Below, in pieces: positions 1 through 7,618 of a stretch of 64,000 nt of DNA. Within the stretch, counting starts at the first letter, position 1; every line of letters starts with the position of its first letter. The notes beneath the pieces were generated by a model that had not been told where the DNA came from, searched no databases, and was given only the letters and a program-made list of their open reading frames with translations. The position numbers and the translations under genes are program-made. Origin of the DNA: a virus (lineage: Duplodnaviria > Caudoviricetes); the IMG/VR virus record IMGVR_UViG_3300037851_000360, positions 1-64,000 of that record; one strand, given 5' to 3'.

Positions 1-21
1 TCATAAAAGAAATGTGCCAAA

Positions 22-30
22 GATAAATAT
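22..30 (-). promoter_or_regulatory. Putative late promoter motif (ATATTTATC) inside a hairpin loop, upstream of an ATG at 4-2 that runs off the window
   Basis: Matches the ATATTTAT motif found upstream of about 20 genes in this window. Confidence 0.55.
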
Positions 31-66
31 ACCCTTGGCACACTTTGAATTAGAACTATTGAATGG

Positions 67-510
67 TTATTTCAATGCAAGTCGTTCGGCGCGCAATTGA
101 CCGGCACGAATCTTACCCGCACGTCTGGAGACGAGAAGATAAAGAATAATGCTGTATTTGGAGGGATACTCAGCATACCACTTTGGATATCCATACCTCT
201 CAACGAGTTCGGTGGAAAGACGCTTCATGACTTCCTTGACCTTCTCGGGATTGTCGGGAGGAAGTTTGGCGAGTCGATTCTCAGCAGCAAGTTTCTTGTC
301 TTCTCGGTGTTTCGGATCGTTGATGAACCACGAGAGATTACCCCGCTTGTAAGAGTTGAGAATGGTATGATAATCCTCCTTCCACTGCTTGACCCAATTG
401 AGATACTCTTCTCGGGTGTTAAATGTGAGGTGCTTGATCACTTCCAAAACGGCAGCGTTAAATTCACCCACGAATGGTCTGGTATAGTTTCTGTTATATA
501 GGTTTTTCAT
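67..510 (-). CDS. Hypothetical protein (147 aa)
   Basis: ORF track gives 67..603; start re-called to the ATG at 510, which has AAGGA upstream and avoids overlap with the previous gene; TAA stop. Confidence 0.7.
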   Translation of the reverse strand: MKNLYNRNYTRPFVGEFNAAVLEVIKHLTFNTREEYLNWVKQWKEDYHTILNSYKRGNLSWFINDPKHREDKKLAAENRLAKLPPDNPEKVKEVMKRLSTELVERYGYPKWYAEYPSKYSIILYLLVSRRAGKIRAGQLRAERLALK

Positions 511-514
511 AGTG

Positions 515-985
515 TTAGTTTCCTTCATACTTTGCTTTAAGTTCGGCAAGGAGTTTCTTCTCCTGTGCAATCTTTTCTTCCGACGCCTTCTTGGCAGATT
601 CATCTTTCTGTCTCTGTTTTTCCGCTATCAACTTGAGAGCGGCTACGGTTTCTTCTTGAACCTGTTTGTCAATAGCGTGGGCGACTCGATTGGTGATTTC
701 ATCAACCTTTTCGTGATCCCACTCGCCACAGACGTTGTAGTTGCTGACTTCCTGACTATTCGAGTCGTATCGAATCTCGAACGCGAATGTTTCGCCGCAG
801 TCGTGAAACAGGATGGTGATGTCGTATCCAGATTCACGATCTTCGCGAGGTTTCCGAAGAAGTTCAACGACCTTCTTGATGAGAAATTCCTCGTCAATGT
901 TGGTTAGAAGAATATGGTCGCTGCTAAAGAGACCATAGTCGTAGTTGCCACTATCCGGCTTGTATGCAATCAGTGTGTATTTCAT
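515..985 (-). CDS. Hypothetical protein (156 aa) with C-terminal coiled coil
   Basis: ORF starts 1 nt after the Pth2 stop; tight operon packing. Confidence 0.7.
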   Translation of the reverse strand: MKYTLIAYKPDSGNYDYGLFSSDHILLTNIDEEFLIKKVVELLRKPREDRESGYDITILFHDCGETFAFEIRYDSNSQEVSNYNVCGEWDHEKVDEITNRVAHAIDKQVQEETVAALKLIAEKQRQKDESAKKASEEKIAQEKKLLAELKAKYEGN

Positions 986-986
986 G

Positions 987-1394
987 TTATTCTTTTAGTT
1001 GAAAACGTTTCAGGAACGGTGCCTCGCTTTTCGCGATGGGACCAATACCGACAGCGGTAGCCGTAGTCACGCCATTGAAACAGGTGTTATTGCCTGAATC
1101 TTCAATGAACGTACACGGCAAGCCCAAAGACTGAGCCTGATTGAACGCTTTGATTAGTGCTTCCAGATTCGAACACTCAAGACAAATCTTGGTGCCGATA
1201 CCGCCATCTGAGTGATATTCACTCTGTCTTTCCGGAGACGCTTTAAGAAACGCTCCAAGATAAGCATGACCAGCCTGCGAAGCCGTTTTGCCCGCACTCA
1301 TTCCTAAGTCGCTTCGTACGAGTGCGTAGATACGAAGTGTCTTATCAGGGATTACTCCCGGTTTTTCACTAGCCTATGTATGTTGTGTTTTCAT
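987..1394 (-). CDS. pth2: Peptidyl-tRNA hydrolase type 2 with in-frame amber codon (TAG at 1376-1374, codon 7)
   Basis: Pth2 motifs LRIYALVRSDLGMSAGKTASQAGHA, KICL, IEDSG and TAVGIGP. The conserved first beta-strand lies upstream of the ORF-track ATG (1301). The only canonical start upstream of that strand is the ATG at 1394: ATG AAA ACA CAA CAT ACA TAG GCT... Confidence 0.85.
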
Positions 1395-1404
1395 AGAGAG
1401 AAAA

Positions 1405-1480
1405 TGGCGCTCCCGGAGGGATTCGAACCCCCAACGCGAGATTTTAGAGGTCTCCGTTCTGGCCGTTGAACTACGGGAGC
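1405..1480 (-). tRNA. Amber suppressor tRNA, anticodon CUA (76 nt, encoded CCA)
   Basis: GCTCCCG TA GTTC AACGGCCA GAAC G GAGAC CT-CTA-AA ATCTC GCGTT GGGGG TTCGAAT CCCTC CGGGAGC G CCA: canonical cloverleaf, U33, A37, short variable loop, C31-A39 mismatch. Confidence 0.93.
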
Positions 1481-1496
1481 GTGTCTGACGGTATAA

Positions 1497-1525
1497 AGGT
1501 CTACACCTTTTCCGTATTTTGTCAA
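1497..1525 (-). promoter_or_regulatory. Candidate sigma70-like promoter for the tRNA
   Basis: TTGACA followed 16-17 nt later by TAGACC(T), about 17 nt upstream of the tRNA 5' end; the -10 match is weak. Confidence 0.4.
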
Positions 1526-1528
1526 GCC

Positions 1529-1924
1529 CTAATCGCCAGAAAATCCACTTGGCTTGCTGTAATATGCTGACATTTCCTTGGCATGGCTATCTGCCCACTG
1601 TTGAGCCTCAGCGCCTTTTGCAAGGGTTTTGAACTGTCCACCAAATTTGTAGCCGTATGGATCGCCCGGCTTGGTGTTTCTTTCCACAAACTTACGAACC
1701 ATTTCTTTCAATTCGGCTTCGTCTTTGGCGTAGAAGAGATGCTTGTCTCCAATGAAAACTGGCCCCTTATCGATTGGGCGCTTTACTTGAATGTCGGTGA
1801 TGTAAAATGGAATCTTTCCTTCACCCGGCACACCAAACAATTCATCATGCTCACGCTTGAAATCAGCCGTCATTTTTTCGACAATGATTTCACGAATGAT
1901 CTGTTTGAGTTCCGACTTTTTCAT
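1529..1924 (-). CDS. Hypothetical protein with capsid-targeting-like leader; ends in TAG
   Basis: 131-aa ORF; N-terminus MKKSELKQIIRE; amber stop at 1531-1529. Confidence 0.75.
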   Translation of the reverse strand: MKKSELKQIIREIIVEKMTADFKREHDELFGVPGEGKIPFYITDIQVKRPIDKGPVFIGDKHLFYAKDEAELKEMVRKFVERNTKPGDPYGYKFGGQFKTLAKGAEAQQWADSHAKEMSAYYSKPSGFSGD

Positions 1925-1926
1925 GA

Positions 1927-2079
1927 TTAGGAGAGAATTACACCTGCGACGAAACCGATTCCAAATGAGATGGCAGCATTGACCTTATTTTCTTTGGCGA
2001 AATTCCAAAACGCAATTGCGTATGGAGCGGTGAAGTAATAAACTCCTTTGAGGAAGTTGAAGAATTTCGAATCTTTCAT
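1927..2079 (-). CDS. Small membrane protein (50 aa), below the ORF-track cutoff
   Basis: MKDSKFFNFLKGVYYFTAPYAIAFWNFAKENKVNAAISFGIGFVAGVILS*; fills the gap exactly (ATG abuts the upstream TAA); hydrophobic C-terminus. Confidence 0.65.
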   Translation of the reverse strand: MKDSKFFNFLKGVYYFTAPYAIAFWNFAKENKVNAAISFGIGFVAGVILS

Positions 2080-2895
2080 TTACTTCTTTGCTCCCTTGAG
2101 TGCAGGAGTGTCATCCAATTTCTGAACGACCTTTTCCTTTGAAGCATTTTCCTTGTCAGCCTTGAGGGTGACCTTTTCCTTGGCAGGCATATCTTCCTGC
2201 TTCTTTGTGCCCTTGACGACCTTCATTCCGGGTGTTCCCTTTACGTTGTCGCCTTCCTTGCGCTCTTTTGGCTCAATTGGCTTGTGGTCAATCTGCTTCT
2301 TCTCTTTCTTGACTTCCTTCATCTCGTCGTCTTTTTCTTCCTGCTCTGCCTTTTCCAACGTCACTTCCTTGTTCTCAGGGATAGCGTTCTTGGCATAGGC
2401 TTGTGCGGTGTAGGAACCTGCATCAACGAATTCTTTCAAATCCTTCTTGATGAATTCCACGACTTGATCTTCTGTCAAATTGAGAGCCACGCAGCGTGTG
2501 CCGCCGTGGGCAATTGCTTCGATACGATAGCAATTTTCTGCCATGGGAACAACTTCAACGTCAAAGCAGCATCCACCCTTACCGTCTTGGAAGAGAATCT
2601 TACCGTTGTTGGTATTTTCCTCAACGCTGGCACCGTCGAATGCCGACTTGAGAGCCTTGCTGAACTTTTCCGTCAATTCAGGCTTCAACTGCTTCTGAGG
2701 AGTAGACTTGAAGGTTGTGTAGGTAATCTCGTTGAGGAGGCTCTTATTGTTCTTGAGTGCTTCCATTACCAACGGGCGAAGGGCTTTCTTTAGACGTTCA
2801 CGGAGTTCTGGCTTCATAGTGATATTCTGTTGATTCAGTTTGGCAAGACGAGACTGAATTGATTCGACGAGGTTTTGCTTGAGGGAGTTTCCCAT
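2080..2895 (-). CDS. Hypothetical protein, probably head-associated, K/E-rich C-terminus
   Basis: Start re-called to the ATG at 2895, 5 nt downstream of a late motif; LxE sites (LVE, LME, LNE). Confidence 0.7.
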   Translation of the reverse strand: MGNSLKQNLVESIQSRLAKLNQQNITMKPELRERLKKALRPLVMEALKNNKSLLNEITYTTFKSTPQKQLKPELTEKFSKALKSAFDGASVEENTNNGKILFQDGKGGCCFDVEVVPMAENCYRIEAIAHGGTRCVALNLTEDQVVEFIKKDLKEFVDAGSYTAQAYAKNAIPENKEVTLEKAEQEEKDDEMKEVKKEKKQIDHKPIEPKERKEGDNVKGTPGMKVVKGTKKQEDMPAKEKVTLKADKENASKEKVVQKLDDTPALKGAKK

Positions 2896-2900
2896 AATAC

Positions 2901-2909
2901 CATAAATAT
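2901..2909 (-). promoter_or_regulatory. Putative late promoter motif ATATTTATG
   Basis: Recurrent motif, 5 nt from ATG. Confidence 0.6.
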
Positions 2910-2965
2910 AAGAAACTCCCAACAAATGAGCGAGAAAACGATTCTGTCAATTAAAAATAGTCGCC

Positions 2966-4936
2966 TTACTTGATTGGGCAGACGCCGGAAGCACATTCTG
3001 AAAGATCGACGCCTTCTTTGACGTATTCAACCTTGTTGCTTGTGGTGTTGATCAATCCTTTAAGAGACTTGATTTCCTTGTGATATTCTTCTGCGGTAAT
3101 CGGAATGTAAGGGGCTTGCTTAAATCCATGCTCTTGGTGAAGAAGGAAACTGATAGACTTTACACCGTCTCTGTAGTTTTGCTTCATCCACTCCTTGATT
3201 TCTGGCAACTCCTCTTCCTTGTAATACACCGTGACCGAGACCGAATTATCCGACCAAATGGTTTGGAGTTTCTTTACCAATTCCATCTGCTTGATTGCGG
3301 TCATGTCTTTGGCGAGAATAGCGTCATCCGGGCTTACGCATGGGAAGTAAACAACAACCGTTCCTCTATCCTCCGAACCATCAATGTTCAATGCGTATTC
3401 GATACGATTTCCATTTTCACGGCAGAGTTTCACCAATGCGTCTGAACTGCTCATACGAACGGTTCTGAAATAATGAGAAGCGTATGCAGGGTGAACTCCC
3501 GGAGTTGCGCCAGCAAGAAGGCTCAAAGTGCCACTTGGCTTGACCGTGGTCAATTTGATGCTCTCGGGCCAACCGCGAATCTTGCTCCACTTCCTATCGA
3601 ACTCGCGAAGTGCCTTGTATGTATCATCAAGCCATTCGACTTTATTCAATGACTGGCAGATTCCCGTCACACCCTGACCGATTCTCATGTTCTTGTGAAC
3701 AATCTTGTTGGTCTCTTCGTGAATGAATGGAAGGGCGAGGATTGCCTTCTGCGTCTTGTATAGAAGAATGGAACAACGCTCCAATTCTTCCTTCGAATCG
3801 ATGTTGTTCAAATACAACTCGGCAAGGTCGCAGCACTCATATGGAGCGAGCGTGATTTCCGCACATGGATTTGTGCCTTCACATACATCCTTGCGATTTT
3901 CACCAAGACGACCCTGTTTTCTGCTCAACGGAAGATTGAAGAAACCATATGGCTCTCCCTTTGCCTTGCGTGTGCCCTTGTCATCGACGTATGTCGTGAA
4001 GTTATCCCACAATTCGTTGCTGATGTGATCAAAGTCATCGGCATAAATCGTGTTGTTGCTGGCACCTCTCCAATAAGGAACGTTTCCAAGACTCCACTTC
4101 TTTGCACGAAGGTAATGATAATCATCCGGATCGCCCAACGCAATTTCAGCAGAGCGACGAACGTTTCCAGCCACAACAATGCATCCAATAATGTTGCAAA
4201 TGTCAAGAACGTCGATTGAACGAAGTTTCTTACCTTCACGTGCGGCTATAACATCACCAATTTGCTGAATGCCCTGTACAAGAATGCCGGGACCGGAAGC
4301 CTTGCCACCAAAGCCGCGAATCAATTCACCCGAACCACGAACGAGAATCGTGCTATAGGAGAAGCCCTTACCCGTTACAAAATACGCATCGAGAACATTG
4401 TTCAAGAGTTTGGTCCAACCCTCTCGACTGTCAGGAACGATGAAGTCGGCATCTTTCTCTGCATTGGCAATAATCTTGACGCCCTCTTTGACCTTTGGAA
4501 GTTCCATAACGTCTTCGCGTCTGATAGAAAAACCTACGCCGCCACCAAGCATCAGATTCTCAAAGATAAAGCAAAAGTCGGATGGCTTTTTGATGGAGAC
4601 ATACCAACAATTGAGAAGAGAGTTTGCACCCCAACGATCAACGGTGGAGGTACCAAGTTGCCAAAGCATTCGGCCGGCAAAATTGCACTTGAGATTAAAG
4701 ACAAGATCGTATAGTTCTTCTGCCTCTTCCTTCGTATATCCGGCTCCGATTTTCTGTGCGCCGTTGATACAACGTGCTACGGTTTCCCACCATTCTTCTG
4801 TGGTTCCATCTTCTTTTGGTCTTGCATAGGTACGCTTATATACTACATACCCCATTCCATTGAAACCCCAATTGGGTTGCTTGCCTTTATACTGCTCAAG
4901 AAATTCTTCTGTGATTACTGCTTCGATATTGCTCAT
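2966..4936 (-). CDS. nrdJ: Class II (adenosylcobalamin-dependent) ribonucleoside-triphosphate reductase, monomeric type
   Basis: NCWY, RRSAEIALGD, GTNPCAEI (thiyl Cys), TTVKPSGTLSLL and C-terminal CASGVCPIK redox pair; start re-called to MSNIE. Confidence 0.93.
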   Translation of the reverse strand: MSNIEAVITEEFLEQYKGKQPNWGFNGMGYVVYKRTYARPKEDGTTEEWWETVARCINGAQKIGAGYTKEEAEELYDLVFNLKCNFAGRMLWQLGTSTVDRWGANSLLNCWYVSIKKPSDFCFIFENLMLGGGVGFSIRREDVMELPKVKEGVKIIANAEKDADFIVPDSREGWTKLLNNVLDAYFVTGKGFSYSTILVRGSGELIRGFGGKASGPGILVQGIQQIGDVIAAREGKKLRSIDVLDICNIIGCIVVAGNVRRSAEIALGDPDDYHYLRAKKWSLGNVPYWRGASNNTIYADDFDHISNELWDNFTTYVDDKGTRKAKGEPYGFFNLPLSRKQGRLGENRKDVCEGTNPCAEITLAPYECCDLAELYLNNIDSKEELERCSILLYKTQKAILALPFIHEETNKIVHKNMRIGQGVTGICQSLNKVEWLDDTYKALREFDRKWSKIRGWPESIKLTTVKPSGTLSLLAGATPGVHPAYASHYFRTVRMSSSDALVKLCRENGNRIEYALNIDGSEDRGTVVVYFPCVSPDDAILAKDMTAIKQMELVKKLQTIWSDNSVSVTVYYKEEELPEIKEWMKQNYRDGVKSISFLLHQEHGFKQAPYIPITAEEYHKEIKSLKGLINTTSNKVEYVKEGVDLSECASGVCPIK

Positions 4937-5056
4937 TAGTGTGATCTTTGTGGGATACATAATTACTTTGGTAAAGTGGTTTATGACCGAAAAATATTTT
5001 TGCGTCACGCCCAAAAAATCGGCCGTTTTCTGGAACTCGCCCATACCCGAACCGGT

Positions 5057-6439
5057 TTAGAATCCGGAACGGTTTTTCTTTACTTGCTCGAATTCGTCTT
5101 TCAACATTTTCTTGACGACATTCTCACCGTCATTCATCTCGGATTGAATCTCCATACCTTCCTGAGATTTGCTATCAAAGATTTGAATGTCTCCACATGA
5201 TGCTCTCATACGAGCCGGGTAGGTCAACCCATCAGGACCGAAACGGTTCTTGATCACGTGGAATCTTGCGGTATTGCTTGCTTTGTCTTCCATCTTACGA
5301 CTGAGAGACATAACAAAGTCTGCGGTCATGATCTTTCTGAACGAGTCTGCAACGTTGTGTGCCTGAATTACATCTTCATCGGCGGCACCACGGTTAGACT
5401 GAGAACATGTCCAAATTGGAATCTGAAGTTCGCCAGCGACTCCACGAAGTTCTTCGTAGATGCTTCCGGCATCCTGATATGAGTTGCTATTCTTGTTTGA
5501 CTCAATCGACTTCAAAATATCAGCGTAGTCAACTACGATGAGGTCGGGCTTGCGTCCCAAAAGAATCATTCTCTCGGCGTGGCTCTTGATAGTTAGTGCC
5601 GAAACAGTCTTGGTAGGATAGTATTTGATGACAAGATCGCCCTTACACGAATCTTCGACGATTGCCTTGACCTTATCCTTATGATTGACGAGTTCTTGGA
5701 AATCAATTCCCGTAAAGCAAGCGTCATAACGCTTACCCACATACTTTTCGTTGAGTTCTAGTGTATAGTGGAGAACGGTCTTGCCTTTTCTCAATGCTTC
5801 TGCACCGACTTTGCAAAGACACCAACTCTTACCACCACCTGCCATACCGATGACGACGCCGAGTTCGCCAGCACCAAGACCACCGTTGAGAAGTTCGTCG
5901 ATCAATCCCCAACCGGTTGGAATGCAATTACGCGTTTCCTCGGTCATACGGGCTTCGAAATCCTTCATGTAGTCGTGACCAACATTACGCTCCATACCAG
6001 CCTTCAGAGCATTTTCAACTGAGAATTTGATCTTCTCATACTGACCGAGTTTAAGAAGGTCTACGGAGTCAAGAATTGCCGCCTTCATCTTTTGGTTTTG
6101 GCAAAATTCAAGGAACTGCTCTTTGACGAAGACCAAATCTGGTTCGTTGGTCTTCATGTAGACCGAGTGGAGAGTTTCGATAACCGAAGTCTTCAACACC
6201 TCGTTGGCAAGTTCATCGACGTAAACCTTAAACACGGTCATCGATGGAAGAGACTTGTATTGGTAGAAGTATCCCTTGGTCTTATCTACGATCCACTTTG
6301 CCGAATCGCTTTCAAAATAATCGGCTTCCAAAATGTCGCTGATTCGCTCAAGGAATGCTCTATCTGAGATTAGACCGGCGACACACTTGTTCTGGAAATC
6401 TGCGCCGAATTTTTTGAGGGTATCTACTTGTTCACTCAT
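5057..6439 (-). CDS. dnaB: Replicative DnaB/T4 gp41-like helicase
   Basis: Walker A GMAGGGKS, HYTLEL, IVVDYADIL, WTCSQSNR, KNRFG. Confidence 0.92.
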   Translation of the reverse strand: MSEQVDTLKKFGADFQNKCVAGLISDRAFLERISDILEADYFESDSAKWIVDKTKGYFYQYKSLPSMTVFKVYVDELANEVLKTSVIETLHSVYMKTNEPDLVFVKEQFLEFCQNQKMKAAILDSVDLLKLGQYEKIKFSVENALKAGMERNVGHDYMKDFEARMTEETRNCIPTGWGLIDELLNGGLGAGELGVVIGMAGGGKSWCLCKVGAEALRKGKTVLHYTLELNEKYVGKRYDACFTGIDFQELVNHKDKVKAIVEDSCKGDLVIKYYPTKTVSALTIKSHAERMILLGRKPDLIVVDYADILKSIESNKNSNSYQDAGSIYEELRGVAGELQIPIWTCSQSNRGAADEDVIQAHNVADSFRKIMTADFVMSLSRKMEDKASNTARFHVIKNRFGPDGLTYPARMRASCGDIQIFDSKSQEGMEIQSEMNDGENVVKKMLKDEFEQVKKNRSGF

Positions 6440-6452
6440 GTTGTATGTGATT

Positions 6453-6481
6453 ACTCTGTTTGATCGCTATGGTGAAGTCAA
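6453..6481 (-). promoter_or_regulatory. Candidate sigma70-like promoter upstream of the helicase
   Basis: TTGACT-N17-CAGAGT. Confidence 0.35.
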
Positions 6482-7558
6482 TCACGAAGCGAAGTGATCG
6501 AGGATAGAAAAAGTCTCTCGAAGCCAAATGTGATAGTTCGGCATGTTGTTATGTATTGAGTCTTCCGTCATTTTCCTCGTTATATCAATCATCTTGGTTT
6601 TTTCAACCGGCTTTGAAACCGCTTCCTGAATACCAATCTGGATTGAAGAAGCGAAGTCGGGCTCGCTCAACTGCATCAACTTAAAGTTCCTGTCAACGAT
6701 ATCCTTTGCTGCCACGATTTTTTCATGGAGCGCGTATTTCTTTCCCGGAGGATTCTCCGAGTAATGAATTAAGTCGTCAACCGACACTTTCTTTTCTTCG
6801 GTCATGATCGGAAGATACTTCTTGACAGAGGTCAATCCAGCACCTTTAACACCATCGATGTTGTCAGATGGATCGCCGTCAAGTGCTCTAAACAGAGCAA
6901 AGTTGTTCGGGTGAATTCCATACTCGTTCATAATCTCGCCCGGACCATATATTTTCTTCTTTGTAGGAGACCAGACCTTCACACGGTCGTTGACCAATTG
7001 AAGAAAGTCTTTGTCTGCACTCATAATCGTGACGTTTTGATCCGGCTTGGTGAAAACCTGTGTTGCCAGATATGCAATCGTATCGTCGGCTTCAATGTTT
7101 GCCATTGAAATAATTGTGACGGGCAGCATGTCAAGATACTCAACGAACATGTACAGTTGCTTCTTCATACTCTCAGACTCCATGTCTGGAGTGCTGATAT
7201 CCGCATACATCCGATTGAGACGGATTCGTGTCTTGCGGTTTGCCTTGTAATCGGGGTAAATTCTTCGGCGTCGAGCCGATCCACCATCACCGTCGAATAC
7301 GACGATGCATCGTGTGGGTTTGTTTAGACGGATAGCATATCCGAGCGACTTCAAACTACCGATCAATCCGCCCATCAAATCGCCATTGTCATTCATGGTG
7401 GGGTTGACGGAGAATGATCGGATGAATAGATTCAATCCATCGACGATCAATACGTCGGAATTTAGTGTCTTCTGCGGCTTGTTCTCGACCTTGTTTCGAT
7501 CCATATTCTCGAATAGGGAAAACAGTTTGCGCTTCTCGTCTTGGGAAAATGATGCCAT
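6482..7558 (-). CDS. rnh: 5'-3' exonuclease / flap endonuclease (T4 RNase H, PolI N-terminal-like)
   Basis: LIVDGLNLFIR, EADDTIAY, SADKDFLQL and GDPSDNIDGVKGAG motifs; start could instead be the GTG at 7597. Confidence 0.9.
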   Translation of the reverse strand: MASFSQDEKRKLFSLFENMDRNKVENKPQKTLNSDVLIVDGLNLFIRSFSVNPTMNDNGDLMGGLIGSLKSLGYAIRLNKPTRCIVVFDGDGGSARRRRIYPDYKANRKTRIRLNRMYADISTPDMESESMKKQLYMFVEYLDMLPVTIISMANIEADDTIAYLATQVFTKPDQNVTIMSADKDFLQLVNDRVKVWSPTKKKIYGPGEIMNEYGIHPNNFALFRALDGDPSDNIDGVKGAGLTSVKKYLPIMTEEKKVSVDDLIHYSENPPGKKYALHEKIVAAKDIVDRNFKLMQLSEPDFASSIQIGIQEAVSKPVEKTKMIDITRKMTEDSIHNNMPNYHIWLRETFSILDHFAS

Positions 7559-7618
7559 AACTTTTTTGAAAAGCGGGTGAGGGAATGAACCACTCACCCG
7601 CCTTTACTTTTTGGTTGA

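Noticed and set aside
1441-1456. Reading the tRNA as Arg(UCU) instead of CUA
   Set aside because: Centring TCT in the loop destroys the anticodon-stem pairing and removes U33. Only the CTA register fits the cloverleaf.
4937-5056. Cobalamin riboswitch or NrdR box upstream of nrdJ
   Set aside because: The 120-nt gap shows no recognisable B12-box or NrdR palindrome by eye; an Infernal/Rfam search would be needed to exclude it fully.
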